Positions 25,381 through 38,624 of a stretch of DNA of 64,000 nucleotides are shown in pieces. A model generated the notes under the pieces. It was not told the origin of the DNA. It searched no databases and saw only the letters and a list, made by a program, of their open reading frames with translations. A program made the position numbers and the translations under genes. The number at the start of each line of letters is the position of its first letter. Positions within the stretch are counted from its first letter, which is position 1. Location of the stretch: contig NC_135886.1 of assembly GCF_964194155.1 (NCBI RefSeq), positions 23,870,001 to 23,934,000 on the forward strand, in the 5' to 3' direction. This DNA comes from Cetorhinus maximus. Taxonomy: Eukaryota.

Positions 25381-26891
25381 ACTCCACCCACCCATGACTT
25401 AGATGCCAAAGAAAATATGTAACTGAAACATATAGACTGGGAAATTCCCTCCCTTGTTTTTAAGTCACAATTGCATTTTTGACAAGCTTTTACAACCCAA
25501 GCTGCACATTACCGAATGAGCACATCCTGATTTATCGCATTTTCTCTCAATCTTCTTCAACGTTAGCAATCAATGTCTAAGACCATTGACCTTGCCCCTT
25601 TATCTTAGTTCTTCAAAAATAAATGCAAAAGTTGCACATTTTGAGAGTTTGTTTATGGCTCCTGTTTCCTTCATCTTTTGTAAAAAAAAAATGGAATCAT
25701 AATTTACAAAAATCTGTAAGGGCAATATTGAAAGTTGTCAATAAGTAAATCTCAGTTCCTTGATATGAAGTGGGAGGTGCAATGCCATTAACCCCTTGTG
25801 AATTCTCTTTATATAATCTACAGAATGGAATTTCCATTTTACCACTGAACCTGGACAACTTCAGAAGCAGTGCTATATTATACACTTCGATGCAGCGAAC
25901 GGCCACTATTGATCATATATACAGTATCATGAATAGTATTGATAAACATAAGGGGAAACTACACAAGAGTACGAGGAGATAGGGAACATAGAGTTAGGAA
26001 GGATGGGAGGAGGCTTGTGGAGCATAAGCAACATGGACTGGTTGGGCCGAATGGCATGTGTCTGTGCCGCATATTTTAAGTAATTCTATTTGAAAAGCTG
26101 CAGGGATGAAGCAATGTTAATAATTGTGATGTGGATTTGCAGCATACTGTTGTGCTTCATCTGGGCGTTTTCTTTTGGTGTTCACTATCTGTTCATGTTT
26201 CTTCTCTTGTCCCTCTTCAGATTTTTTTTTTAAAAAGTGGATTGCAAATTTGAGACACAGAAAAGGCAGTCAGGCAGAATACGTATCATCAGAGTGCAGT
26301 GCAGGTTAGGATGTGAGCCATCATCTTGGGAATGTAGCATGGCATCATCTTGGGAGAAATGCAACATGGGGGATGGACTTGAGCTGCTGAGCAAGGACAA
26401 CCTCATCCTTGAGAAAAATAATCTTCCAACATAAGTTGTTACTTGGGGCAAGCAGAGTGAGGTCGTGCGTGAGCCAGAGGGCATTATTTCCCTAAATCCT
26501 GGTGAGATGCATTCAAACTGATGCCAGCAGCCTTCCAGTACCTTGTTCAAGTAGCTGTTCCTCACTTTGAAGGCAGGTTAGATAAAGTGCAATAAAAGAT
26601 GCTGGAGGCATCAGAACCAAACCTAATCTTGTCCTCACCCAGCCTCCACACTTTGCTGCAGGCATCACTGAATAACAATAGGGAATGTGTCTCCTGACTT
26701 TTTGATCCCTCTACCTCCATATCTCATGGATACAGAGGCCATTTATGGCATCTTTATTACCCACCAAACTAAAATCAGCTAATTCAACATGTACCGTTAT
26801 GAAAGGATTGAAGGTGGATTTGAACAGCATGTGGCTGTTTTCAACTTGACTCAATTTGCACTTTCTTTTTTTAAAGTTGTTCTTCAACATA

Positions 26892-27100
26892 AAGGCAAAA
26901 TACTGCAGATGCTGGAAATCTGAAGCAAAAACAGAAAATGCTGGAAAAACTCAGCAGGTCTAACAGCATCTGTGGAGAGAAAGACAGAGTTAACGTTTCG
27001 AGTCCGTATGACTCTTCTTCAGAGCTCTGCAGAGTCATACGGACTCGAAATGTTAACTCTGTCTTTCTCTACACAGATGCTGTTAGACCTGCTGAGTTTT
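26892..27100. repeat. Penelope family A fold-back (inverted terminal repeats), interrupted by Tx1; resumes at 29087-29123
   Basis: Left arm ...gagttaacgtttcgagtccgtatgactcttcttcagag, right arm gagtcatacggactcgaaatgttaactct...; right-arm remainder cccagcattttctgtttt after the Tx1. Confidence 0.88.
26988..27026 (-). ncRNA. Minimal type-I hammerhead motif (family A), best-preserved copy
   Basis: Minus strand: agct-CTGAAGA-A-GAGTC atacg GACTC-GAAA-CG-TT-aact; intact CUGAnGA/GAAA core, 5-bp stem II, palindromic ACGT stem III. Confidence 0.8.
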
Positions 27101-29086
27101 TTTTTAAAAAATATACTTTATTCATAAAATATCTGGAAGAACATTACAAAACAATCGCCATCACAATAAGTGCAATCAGATTCAACTTTTACACATGGAT
27201 CACGAGGTGCTTCAACACAATCAATGAATATGACAGTCATTTCAATATGGTCATTACGGACAGTCAGACAACTCCAATACCATTGAACTAGTAACATTCA
27301 TCATGTTGCACTCTGAGGTGCTTCAATACAATTATAGTACAATTAGTATTCAATGCATGCATTCATTGGGAGCCGTACAGCCAGAGGGATCTATACAATT
27401 TCCAGCTCCTCGGTGCACTATGGCAGAAAGGTCTTAGACAGCGACCTTTCCCTATTGCGCCTTTGTGGCGGCTGCCCCAAGCTTTAGTGCGCCCCTCAGC
27501 ACTTAGTCCTAGACCTTGGAATGTGCCAGTCTGCAACACTTGGTCGGGGACAACTCTTTGCACTGGAAGACCAACAAGTTTCAGCAGACCAAAGAGCGTC
27601 TTTCACTGAGTTGATGATCCTCCAGCTGCTGTTGATGTTTGTCTCGGTGTGTGTCCCTGGGAACAGCCCATAGAGCACAGAGTCCTGTGTCACAGAACTG
27701 CTCGGGATGAACCTCGACAGAAACCACTGCATCTCTCTCCAGACCTTCTTTGCAAAGGCATAATCCACAAGGAGGTGAACAACGGTCTCGTCCCCACCAC
27801 AGCCACCTCGAGGGCAACATGCAGAGGGGGTGAGGATCTGACGGGGAGAGCCTTTCTCACCACCAGCCAAGCTACATCTTGGTGCTTGTTGGAAAGTTCT
27901 GGCGATGAGGCATTCTGCCAAATGACTTTGATAGTCTGCTCGGGGGACCATTCGACAGAATCCACCATCTCCTTTTCCTGCAGGGCCTCTAAGACATTAT
28001 GTGCCAACCACTGCCTGATGGACTTGTGGTCAAAGGTGTTTGTCTGCTTAAATTTTTCCACGAGGGACAGGTGCTCCAACTGCTTGGAGCGTTCCGTGAC
28101 AGCGTGGCCAGACCCATTCTTTGCAACACCGGGGACAGGTGGAACCTCAGCACGTAGTGACACTTGGTGTTTGCGTACCAAGGGTCTATGCGCAGCCTGA
28201 TGCAGCTGCACACAAAGGTAGCCATCAGGATGAGGGCGATGTTGGGAACATTTTTTCCCCCTTTATCTAGAGGCTTGTACATCGCGTCCCTGTGGACATG
28301 ATCCATTTTCGAACTCCAGGAAAAGCGAAAGATGGCTCGGGTGATCGCTTTTGCGCAGGAGTGTGGAATGGGCCAGACCTGCGCCACATACAGCAACAGC
28401 GAGAGTGCCTCATACCTGATGTCCAGGTTCTTACCTGCAATGGAGAGGGAGCGTCGCTCCCACATGTCCAGTTTTCTTTCCACCATAGCCACTCGCTCCT
28501 TCCGGTTTCTAACACATGCACTGGTCCCTCCGAACCATATCCCCAGTACCCTCGGTGAAGGAGTCAGAGGATCGGTCAGCCCAGTTCTCAAAGAACATGG
28601 CCTCGCTCTTCCCACGATTTACCTTGGCTCCCGAGGCCAGTTCGAACTGGTCGCAGATGTGGATCAGTCTGTGCACCGACAGCGGATCCGAGCAGAAGAT
28701 GGCGACATCGTCCATGTACAGGGAGGCTTTGACCTAAGTGCCTCCACTGCCTGGGATCATCACTCTTCTTATGCCCGATCCTTCCTGATGGACTCAGCAA
28801 AGGGTTCTATGCAACGCACAAACAGTACAGGGGAGAGAGGGCAGCCCTGCCTGACTCCAGATTTAATTGGAAAGCTTTCTGATTCCCTCCCATTGATTGA
28901 GACTGCGCTACTGATGTTAGTGTAGAGCAGTTGGATCCAATTGCGTATTCCCTCCCCAAACCCCATTTTGGAGAGCACATCCACCATGTAGGTGTGCGAT
29001 ATTCTGTCAAAGGCCTTCTCCTGATCCAGGCTGATGAGGCAGGTGCCCACACCCCTGTCCTGCACATAGGTAACCGTATCCCTGAG
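27101..29086 (-). mobile_element. Tx1-like LINE, 5'-truncated, with 17-bp TSD
   Basis: RT motifs LISLDQEKAFDRISH, SGVRQGCPLSP, YMDDV; C-terminal C..GGCGGDETVVHL; TSD TAGACCTGCTGAGTTTT at 27084-27100 and 29087-29103. Confidence 0.93.
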
Positions 29087-29129
29087 TAGACCTGCTGAGT
29101 TTTCCCAGCATTTTCTGTTTTTTCTATCT

Positions 29130-29340
29130 ATGCCTTAGAATTTCATTCTCCAAACTTATTCACTTCTCCACCACTCTCTCCTAATTTAAGATGCCATTTA
29201 AAGCCTTTGACCATGCCCTAGGATCACGTGCCCTAATTTCTCTTCTTTGGCCTAGTGTCAATTTTGTCTGATTATGTTCCTCTGAAGCTCCTTGGGTCAT
29301 TTTACTATGTTAAAGGTGCACTATAAGTGCAAGTTGTTAA
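29130..29340 (+). mobile_element. L2 LINE 3' tail
   Basis: Ends ttttactatgttaaaggtgcactataagtgcaagttgtt, like 14170-14195 and 20070-20095. Confidence 0.65.
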
Positions 29341-29954
29341 TATTGTTAGCTGCTTTCTACTGAGCATTTGCATTTGATCTGAAATTGTTTAAAAAAAATC
29401 CTTGCTTTCACCAAAGACCAGTTATTAATTGTAGGTGTGCAATAAGCACACAATCTACAACAATAACAAAAATGTGCATTTATAGAGCACTTTTAATGTA
29501 AAGAAGGGCCCCAAGGAGTGTCACATTTGGAAATGGGCAGGAAAACTGATGCCTAGCTAAGGAGAGAAGAGGGAGGGGAGAGCCAAGGGCTTGGTGAAAG
29601 GGTAAGTTTAAGAGGCCTATTTAAAGAGGTGAGGAAAGCAAGGGGTTCAGGAAGGGAGTTCAAGAGTGGACTCAAAGCAATTGATGCTTCTGCCATCAGT
29701 GAGTTGAAGGGAGAGGAGATGCACAAAAGGGTGAGAGCCAGAGAACTGAAAGATGCTGGGGTGTGTAACATAAGACTGGAGGAGGTTGGAGAGATAGGGT
29801 GAAGCAAGGCTGTGGAAGGATTTGAAAATGAAGTTGAGAATTTTATATTAAATCTATTGGGGATCAGGAAACTAATGATGAAGGGAGTGAGGTTTGGGTA
29901 GAATGGACAAGTAGAACTTAGTGTGCAATATATGGCCAAATGCACACTTTGACT

Positions 29955-31195
29955 CATAGACTTATAGATGTTTACATCACAGAAGGAGGCCATTCAGTCT
30001 ATCATGTCCCCACTGGTCAACAAAGATCTGACTGCACTAATCCAATTTTCCAGCGCTTGGCCCATAGCCCTGGAAGCTATGGCAATGCAAGTGAGTATCT
30101 AAATACTTCTTAAATGTTATGAGAGTTTCTGACTCAATCACCCTTTCAGGCGGTGAGTTCCAGGCTCCCGCCACCCCCTGGGTGAAAAAATTTGTCCTCC
30201 ACTCTCCTCCTAACCTTCTACCTCTTAATTTAAATCTATGCCCCCGGGTTAGTGACCCCTCTACTAATGGAAAAAGTGCCTCCCTGTCCATCCTATCTAC
30301 GCCCCTCATAATCTTATACACCTCGATCAGGCCTCCTCTCACCCTTCGCTGCTCCAAAGAAAACAACCCCAGCCTATCCAATCTTTCCTCATAGTTCAGA
30401 CCCTCCAGCCCAGGCAGCATCCTGGTAAATCTCCTCTGCACCCTCTCCAGTGCAATCACATCCTTCCTATAATGTGATGACCAGAACTGCACCCAGTACT
30501 CCAGTAGTGGCCTAACCAGCATTTTATACAGTTCCAGCATAGCCTGCCTGCTCTTGTATTCTATGCCTCGGCTAATAAAGGCAAGTATCCCATATGCCTT
30601 CTTAACCACCTTATCGACCTGCCCTGCTACCTTCAGGAATCTGTGGATATGCACACTAAGGTCCCTCTGACCTTCAGTACTTTCCAGGGTCCTACCATTC
30701 ATACTGTAATCCCTTGCCTTGTTAGCCCTCCCCAAGTGCATTAACTCACACTTTTCCGGGTTGAATTCCATTTGCCACTGCTCTGCCCACCTGACCAGTC
30801 CATTGATATCCCCCTGCAGTTTACAGCTATCCTCCTCACTATTTACCACCCTACCAATTTTTGTGTCATCCGCGAACTTCTTGATCATACCCCCTACATT
30901 TAAGTCCAAATCATTTATGTACACCACAAACTGCAAGGACCCTTGCAGCGAGCCCTGTTAACCCTGTTGCATACAGACTTCCAGCCACAGAAACATCCCT
31001 CTATCATTACCCTCTGCTTCCTGTCTCTCAGCCACTTTGCCTTGGATCCCATGGGCTCCTACTTTCTTGACCAGTCTGTCATGAGGGACCTTAACAAAAG
31101 CCGTGCTAAAGTCCAAGTAGACCACATCAAATGCATTACCCTCATCAATACTCCTGGTTACCTCCTCAAAAAATCGATCAAATTTGCCATGACCT
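29955..31195 (-). mobile_element. CR1 LINE, 5'-truncated, with a long open RT C-terminal frame (30037-30936)
   Basis: FVVYINDLD...KFADDTKIG...WQMEFNPEKC..HLG...LERVQRRFTRM.PGL..L.YEERL..LGLFSLEQRR.RG.LIEVYKIM. Confidence 0.93.
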
Positions 31196-31474
31196 TCCCT
31201 TCACACATCCTAATTTGGAAAATGGAGATAGTGAGACAAGGATTTGAGTGTAGATGTGAGCAGAAGGGGCAAGATGAGTAGACACAGGAAATACTGTGTA
31301 GGTGGAAATAGGATGTGGAGCTTGAAGCTCCATTTGGGTTGTACTGGACACCATGATTTAAGATGGTCAAGTTCAGTCTGAATGATTCATTGTGGAGAGG
31401 GATGGAATCGTTGGCAGGAAAGAAGTGCTTATTGCAGGAGCAGGACATAATGTCTGACCCTTCAGCGAAGTAAT

Positions 31475-31730
31475 GAGTGTTGCATTATCGATATACCATT
31501 TCTCAGATGAGAGAATAAATTAAAACCTTGTCTGTCTACTCCGTCAATTCGCATTAAAGATACAAGTGTGCTATTTTTGAAAAAAACATAGTTCTCCCAA
31601 CGTCCTGGCCAACATTTTACTTTAACTGATGAAACAAAGCAGATTATGTGATTGTTCATCTCAACGCGATATATAAATAAAGAGAAACCTTCCATTTTTA
31701 CAATGTTTTTCCTTGAATGCCATCCTGAAA
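31475..31730 (+). mobile_element. Deu-domain SINE, decayed
   Basis: ttctcagatgaga..ttaaaacc..gtctgtctactc...taaagat...gtcctggccaacatt. Confidence 0.55.
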
Positions 31731-32429
31731 GGATGGCTGGCGCGCGCAAACACACACACACACACACCACCCCCAATAAAATAAAATCTGGGAAACAATT
31801 GATGACTCTGCACTAAATTTCAGGCGGACATCGAGGAAAACTTGTAGTCAGTCAATTTCAGAACATGGAGCGACTTTGGAGCAACTTCCATTTGCTTATT
31901 GCTTTGGACTGGGTCAGGAGCTTGAGGAGCTGTTGTCTTCTTAATCCAAGCAGTTGATCCTCCTTGTTTCCCTCCAAAACAAAACAGTCTACCAGCTTTT
32001 TAGCACAGTTTTCAAGGCATTGTTTTTTCAAAGCCACAAACCATCATGTCACCCTCTTGTAAATAGTAACTGGGGTCAAGAGGTTTCCAGCTTCTTTAAG
32101 ACTGCTTAATTACCTTTTCTTGTAAAATGCTGTCTTTTCCAGAAACAGCAGCATCCAGAGTCCTTGCATTAATCATTTAAAGGACAGTGTCTTTCAAAAA
32201 ACACAAATTCTTCCAGAATGTTAAACGATGGGCTGAATGGCCTCCTCTGCACCATACCTTTTCTATGGTTCTGTGTTATTAGTCCTTGAAGATGAACCAT
32301 TTTCCATGATTAAGGCATTTATGACAACAGAAACCAGTTGAGTTATTTAAGCACAATGTCAATTGACTTAGTATTGTACATCCTATTAGAGTTTTAAAAT
32401 ATGTGTTATTGTGACAAGTTTGTGACAAA

Positions 32430-33205
32430 TAACATTCATGCCACATGACCATCTCCAACACAAGAGAATCCAACCATCACCCCTTGATGTTCAATGGCAT
32501 TACCACTGCTGAACCCTCACTATCAACATCCTGGGGGGGTTATCATTGACCAAAAACTGAACTGGACCAGCCATATAAACACTGGCTACAAGAACAGGTC
32601 AAATGCTGGGGATCCTGTAGCGAGTAACTCACCTCTTGACTACCCTAAGCCTGTCCACCATCTACATGGCGCAAGTCAGGAGTGTGATGGAATATTCCCC
32701 CCTTGCCTGGATGAGTGCAGCTCCAACAACACTCAAGAAGCTTGACACCATCCAGGACAAAGCAGCCCACTTTATTGGCACCCCATTCACCACCTTCAAC
32801 ATACACTCCCTCCACCACCGACGGATACAAGTGTGGCAGCAGTGTGTACTATCTACAAGGTACACTGCAGGAACTAACCAAGGTTCCTTTGACAGCACCT
32901 TTCAAACCCACGACCTCTACCACCTGGGGTAGAAAGGACAAGGGCAGCAGATGCACGGGAACACCACTACCTGCAAATTCCCCTCCAGGCCACATACTAT
33001 CTTGACTTAGAGCTGTTTTGCTGTTCATTCACTGTGACTGGGTCAAAATCCTGGAGCTTCCTCCCTAACAGCACTGTAAGTGTACCCACACTACATGGAT
33101 TGCAGAGGTTCAAGAAGCCAGCTCACTACCACCTTCTCAAGAGCAATTAAGAATGGGCAATAAATGCTGGCCCAGCCAGCAAAGCCCAGGTCCTGTGAAA
33201 GAATA
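32430..33205 (+). mobile_element. 3' portion of the same LINE family as 34483-37695
   Basis: TIYMAQVRSVMEYSPLAWMSAAPTTLKKLDTIQDKAA; tail gggcaataaatgctggcccagccagc. Confidence 0.85.
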
Positions 33206-33949
33206 ACAAAAAATCCGAGTACATAATTGTTAAAGTACATGTTAAAACTTAAAATAACAGCAATGATTTATTGGCTTTGTGCTGATGTGTGATGTTTTTG
33301 GACAAATCTGATCGAATAATTTAAACATTACTGTTTACATCACTAATGCCTCACAAGCTGTAGGCTTATTGTGTGACTGTTGAGATTAGGACAGACTGCT
33401 TGAATGGACTTAATTGTACAGTAGCAGTTGAATAACTCTAGTCATTAAAGGAATGTTTTTTACACCCATTGTTCAGCTTTATGGTGGCCAGAAGCAGCCA
33501 TCATAAACACCAGAAACCATTATTACTCAGGGTTTAGTAACCTGTGATGCCTTACAGCTACACTTTGGAAAACTGACATTAGTTTCATTAGATTTGTACA
33601 GAAGCCTTTCATATAACACACATATTACAGACGACAGGAAGAAAGGGAATCCAGTTTAAACTGTAGTTGAAACTTCATTTTAAAGAAATAAGCATAAATA
33701 TGCTTGCTGAACAAAGAAATTGCATGGTGAGAACACAGCATGCTGACAGGATTGATAAGAATATATAATTAAAGCCCTTAGGCAAGAACAAGTTAGTTTG
33801 AATTTATAATTACAATGAAATTAGAAAAAGTAAATGAGAAATTCATTCAGGACATGGCCAGAATTTGGGGAATGCTCACCAGGGAATATTTTAAATAAAC
33901 GATTTTGGTTTGTGGACAGTCATGATTGGCGTAATTCTTAGCACACTGT

Positions 33950-34475
33950 TTGCAACGGGCAGGGTACAGACCATACCCAACCAGCCTGTGCTTGCAAGAC
34001 TCAAAACACAGTGTCCAACATTAGATGTGATTCAGTGATTGGACAACATTTGCCAAATAATCCTTAGTGTGCTAAGAATTACACTGACAGCCAATTTAAG
34101 ATTGTTAGTCAGGCTCGCAATTTGCGTGTACTGGAAGCTACACATATAAATACACAGGATCCTGTTCGTTCCAGACAGAAAGAACATGTACGTACTTGGC
34201 GCCTGTTTCAGCTAAATAAAATAAGCGACAGCCTTTCACTGGCTCATTCCTCAGGGCAATGCCTTGACCAATCAGGGTCAAGCTGCCTGGTTTAAATTTC
34301 AGTGCTTGGCAGTTAACTGTCAGTCACCATCAGTGCTGCATTCTCCATGCCAACCAATCAGCACTCTCTTCGCATACAGTATAAATTGTTGTTTTCCCCT
34401 TATATTGGTATTCTTGTGAAGTATCCTGATGAATGCAAGACGAAAAGCTTAGACATGTCTCTTTTCTTCGGCATT
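33950..34475 (+). mobile_element. Penelope family B 3' end plus pLTR with hammerhead motif (34426-34451)
   Basis: Homologous to 17400-17930 and 42360-42900; CTGATGA-atgcaagac-GAAA-AGCT-TA-gaca. Confidence 0.85.
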
Positions 34476-34482
34476 TAAAAAA

Positions 34483-37400
34483 ATTCATTCAGGGTATGTG
34501 GGCTTCGCTGGCTGGGCCAGCATTTATTGCCCATCCCTAGTTGCCCTTGAGAAGGTGGTGGTGAGCTGCCTTCTTGAACTGTTGCAGTTCATGTGGGATA
34601 GGTACACCCACAGTGATGTTAGGAAGGGAGTTCCAGGATTTTGATCCAGCAACAGTGAAGGAACGGTGATATATTTCCAAGTCAGGATGGTGAGTGATTT
34701 TGAAGGTAACTTCCAGATAGTAGTGTTCCCATCTATCTGCTGCCCTTGTCCTTCTAGATGGTAGTGGTTATGGGTTTGGAAGGTGCTATCTAAGGAGCCT
34801 TGGTGAATTCCTGCAGTGCATCTTGTAAATGGTACACACTTCTGATACTATGCGTCAGTGATGGAGGGAGTGAATGTTTATGGATGTGGTACCAATCAAG
34901 CAGGCTGTTTTGTCCTGGACGGTGTCAAGCTTCTTGAGTGTTGTGGGAGCTGCACTCATCCAGGCAAGTGGAGAACATTCAATCACACCCCTGACTTGTG
35001 CCTTGTAGATAGTGGACAGGCTTTGGGGAGTCAGGAGGTGAGTTACTCATCGCAGGACTCCTAGCCTCTGACCTACTCTTGTAGTCACAGTATTTATGTG
35101 GCTAGTCCAGTTCAGTTTCTGGTCAGTGGTAACCCCCAGGATGTTGATAGTGGGGGATTCAGTGATGGTAATGCCATTGAATGTCAAGAGGCGATGGTTA
35201 GATTCTCTCTTGTTGGAAATGATCATTGCCTGACACTTGTGAGGTGCGAATATTACTTGCCACTTGTCAGCCCAAACCTGGATATTGTCCAAGTCTTGCT
35301 GTATTTGGACATGGACTGCTTCAGTATCTGAGGAGTCACGACTGGTGCTGAACATTGTGCAATCATCAGCGAACAGCCCCACTTCTGACCTTATGATGGA
35401 AGGAAGGTCATTGATGAAGCAGCTGAAGATGGCTGGGCCGAGGACACGACCCTGAGGAACTCCTGCAGTGATGTCCTGGAGCTGAGATGACTGACCTCCA
35501 ACAACCACAACCATCTTCCTTTGTGCTAGGTATGACTCCAACCAGTGGAGAGTTTTCCCCTGATTCCCACTTACTCCAGTTTTAATAGGGCTCCTTGATG
35601 CCACACTTGGTCAAATGCAGCCTTGATGTCAAGGGCAGTGACTCTCACCTCACCTCAGGGAGTTCAGATCTTTTGTCCATGTTTGAATCAAGGCTGTAAT
35701 GAGGTCAGGAGCTGAGTGGTCCTGGTGGAACCCAAACTGGGCATCAGTGTGCAGGTTATTGCTAAGCAAGTGCCGCTTGATAACATTGTTGATGACCCCC
35801 TTCCATTACCGATGATGGAGAGTCGACTGATGGGGCGGTAAATGGCAGGGTTGGATTTGTCCTGCTTTTTGTGTACAGGACATACCTGGGCAAATGTCCA
35901 CATAGCTGGGCAGATGCCAGTATTGTAGCTGTACTGGAACAGCCTGGCTAGGGACACGGCAAGTTCTGGAGCACAAGTCTTCAGTGCCATTGCCGGAATA
36001 TTGTCAGGACCCATAGCCTTTGCACTATCCCGTGCCTTCAGCTGTTTCTTGATATCACATGGAGTGAATCGAATTGGCTGAAGACCGGCACCTATGATGC
36101 TGAGGACCTCCGGAGGAGGCCAAGGTGGATTATCCACTCGGCACTTCTGGCTGAAGATTGATCAAATGCTTCAGCCTTATCTTTTGCACTGATGTGCTGG
36201 GCTCCCCCATCATTGAGGATGGGGATATTTGTGGAGTCTCCTCCTCCAGTGAGTTGTTTAATTGTCCACCACCATTCTCGACTGTATGTGGCAGGACTGC
36301 AGATCTTAGACCTGATCCTTTGATTGTGGAATCGCTTAGCTCTCTCTATCACTTGCTGCTTAAGCTGTTTAGCACGCAAGTAGTCCTCTTCACCAGGCTG
36401 ACACCTCATTTTTAGATATGCCTGTTGCTGCTCCTGGCATGCCCTCCTCCACTCTTCATTGAATCAGGATCGACCCACTGGTTTGATGGTAATGGTAGAG
36501 TGGGGGATATGCCGGGCCATGAAGTTACAGATTGTGTTCGAGTACAATTCTGCTGCTGCTGATGGCCCACAGCATCTTATGGATGCCCAGTCTTGAGTTG
36601 CTAGATGTGTTTGAAATCTATTCCATTTAGCACGGTGGTAGTACCACACAAGATGATGGAGGGTATCTTCAATGTGAAGGGGGGGACTTCGTCTCCACGA
36701 CGACTGTGCAGTGGTCACTCCTACCGATACTGTCATGGACAGATGCACCTGCAGCAGGCCGATTGGTGAGGATGAGGTCAAGTATATTTTTCCCTCTTGT
36801 TGGTTCCTTCACCACCCGCTGCAGACCCAATCTAGCAGCTATATCCTTTAGGACTCAGCTAATTCAGTCAGTAGTGGTGCTACCGAGCCACTACATTGAA
36901 GTCCCCCACTCAGAATATGTCCTGTGCCCTTGCCACCTTCAGTGCTTCCTCCAAGTGATGTTCAACATGAAGGAGCACTAATTCATCAGCTGAGGGCGGG
37001 CAGTACATAGTAATCAACAGGAGGTTTCCTTGCTCATGTTTGGCCTGATGACATGAGGCTTCAGGGGGTCTGGAGTCGATGTTGAGGACTCCCAGGGCAA
37101 CTCCCTCCCAACTGTACGCCACTGTGCCGCCACTTCTGCTGGGTCTGTCCTGCCGGTGGGACAGGGCATACCCAGGGATAGTGATGGTGGTGTCTGGGAC
37201 ATTATCTGTAAGATATGATTCCATTAGGATGTCTATGTCAGGCTGTTGCTTGACTAGTCTGTGAGACAGCTCTCCCAATTTTGGCACCAGCCTCCAGATG
37301 TTAGTAAGCAGGACTATGCAGGGTCGACAGGGCTGAGTTTGCCGGTTCCGGTGCCTAGGCCGATGCCGTGTGGTCCGCCCTGTTTCATTCCTTTTTTGGG

Positions 37401-37695
37401 TCTTTGTAGCGTTTAATACAACTGAGTAGCTTGCTAGGCCATTTCAGAGGGCATTTAAGAGTCAACCACATTGCTGTCGGCCAGACCAGGTAAGGACGGC
37501 AGATTTCTTTCCCTAAAGGGCATGGGTTTTTACAGCAATCGACAATGGTTTCATCATTAGAATTTTAATTCAGATTGTTATTGATTTCAAATTCCACCAT
37601 CTGCCATGGCAGGATTCAAACCCGGGTCCCCAGAGCATTACCCTGGGTCTCTGGATTACTCGTCCAACGACAATACCACTACGCCATCGCCTTCC
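34483..37695 (-). mobile_element. Near full-length (about 3.2 kb) decayed APE-RT LINE (CR1/jockey group) with a tRNA-like SINE head and no ORF1
   Basis: APE: NIWRL...QQPDIDILMESYL...IPGY...RQDR..RSGG; RT: AMGPDNIP, YRPIS, AGVPQG.VLGP..F..FINDLP...LFADDC; A box TGGCGTAGTGG (37676-37686) and B box GTTTGAATCC (37612-37621) on the minus strand. Confidence 0.88.
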
Positions 37696-37739
37696 CTCAC
37701 CTCCCCTCAAGCTGTTAGGTTGTTTGATTTTTTTAAAAA

Positions 37740-38162
37740 GAAAGAAAAACTTGCATTAATATAGTGCCTTTAATGATCTCAGGATGTCACAAAGTGCTGT
37801 ACTACCAATGAAGTACTTTTGAACTTTAGACACTGCTGTAATATAGGAAACATGACAGCCAAGTTGCGCACAGCAAGCTCCCACCAACAGCAACATGAAA
37901 ATGACCAGCTAATCTGTTTTATGATCATGTTGATCGAGGGATAAAATATTGGCCAAGACACGAAGTATAATTGTCCTGCTCTTCTTCAAAATAGTGCCAG
38001 AGGCCTCAGTTTAAAGTTTCATCTGATAGACTGCACCTTCCACACTTTCAATACTGCACTGAAGGATCAGCCTTGATTTTAGTGCTCATCTCTCTGGATT
38101 GGGACATGAGCCTAAAACCTTCTGATAAGGAGGCGAGAGTTCTACCAACTGAGCCACAGCTG
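37740..38162 (-). mobile_element. Near full-length tRNA-headed Deu-domain SINE (SacSINE1/AmnSINE1-like)
   Basis: Minus-strand head gctgtggctcagttggtagaactctcgcctc; Deu-like core gatgaaactttaaactgaggcc...ggcactattttgaagaagagcagg...gtcttggccaatatt; L2-like tail. Confidence 0.8.
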
Positions 38163-38330
38163 ATGCTAAAGATTAAGTTAGTTTTATTTTAAATTAACTC
38201 TTTATGTACTTCTGTGCACCAGTGATCTTATAATTTGTTCTGTTTACTGGCAAGAATACTTTTTGAGAAAAATTGGCATCACCATTGAACATCTACAGTA
38301 CTTTTGTTTTGCACTTAGTGATAACATATC

Positions 38331-38624
38331 TGTTATGTTCCTTCTGTTGGGTCGCTTTGCTCAGCGAACATGGTTGCACGCCTATCTACTGGTGAGTGAG
38401 TTGGTAAACAATATACTGCAGACGCAGGGGCCAATGTAAGATGAAGCATGTGCTGTTTATTAACACAAGGAACAGAGCATTAACACGTGTGCTTCTCAAA
38501 CCAGACCCTATTGTAAACTACTGATTAACATTATAGCCCGCGCTACACAGCAACTGGGTAATGCAATCATGTGGTCAATCTGCTCACATTCTCTTAAAGG
38601 CGTATTGCATCTCAGATTACCACA
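38331..38624 (-). mobile_element. Solo LTR (294 bp)
   Basis: TGT...ACA termini, 5-bp TSD ATATC (38326-38330 and 38625-38629), AATAAA on the minus strand at about 38456-38461. Confidence 0.75.

Noticed and set aside
30037-30936. Domesticated reverse transcriptase gene
   Set aside because: It is a 5'-truncated CR1 with upstream frameshifts and a normal CR1 tail; the open frame reflects youth.
37600-37695. tRNA gene
   Set aside because: A and B boxes are present, but I see no complete cloverleaf; the sequence continues into a SINE/LINE body and recurs at 47780-47860.
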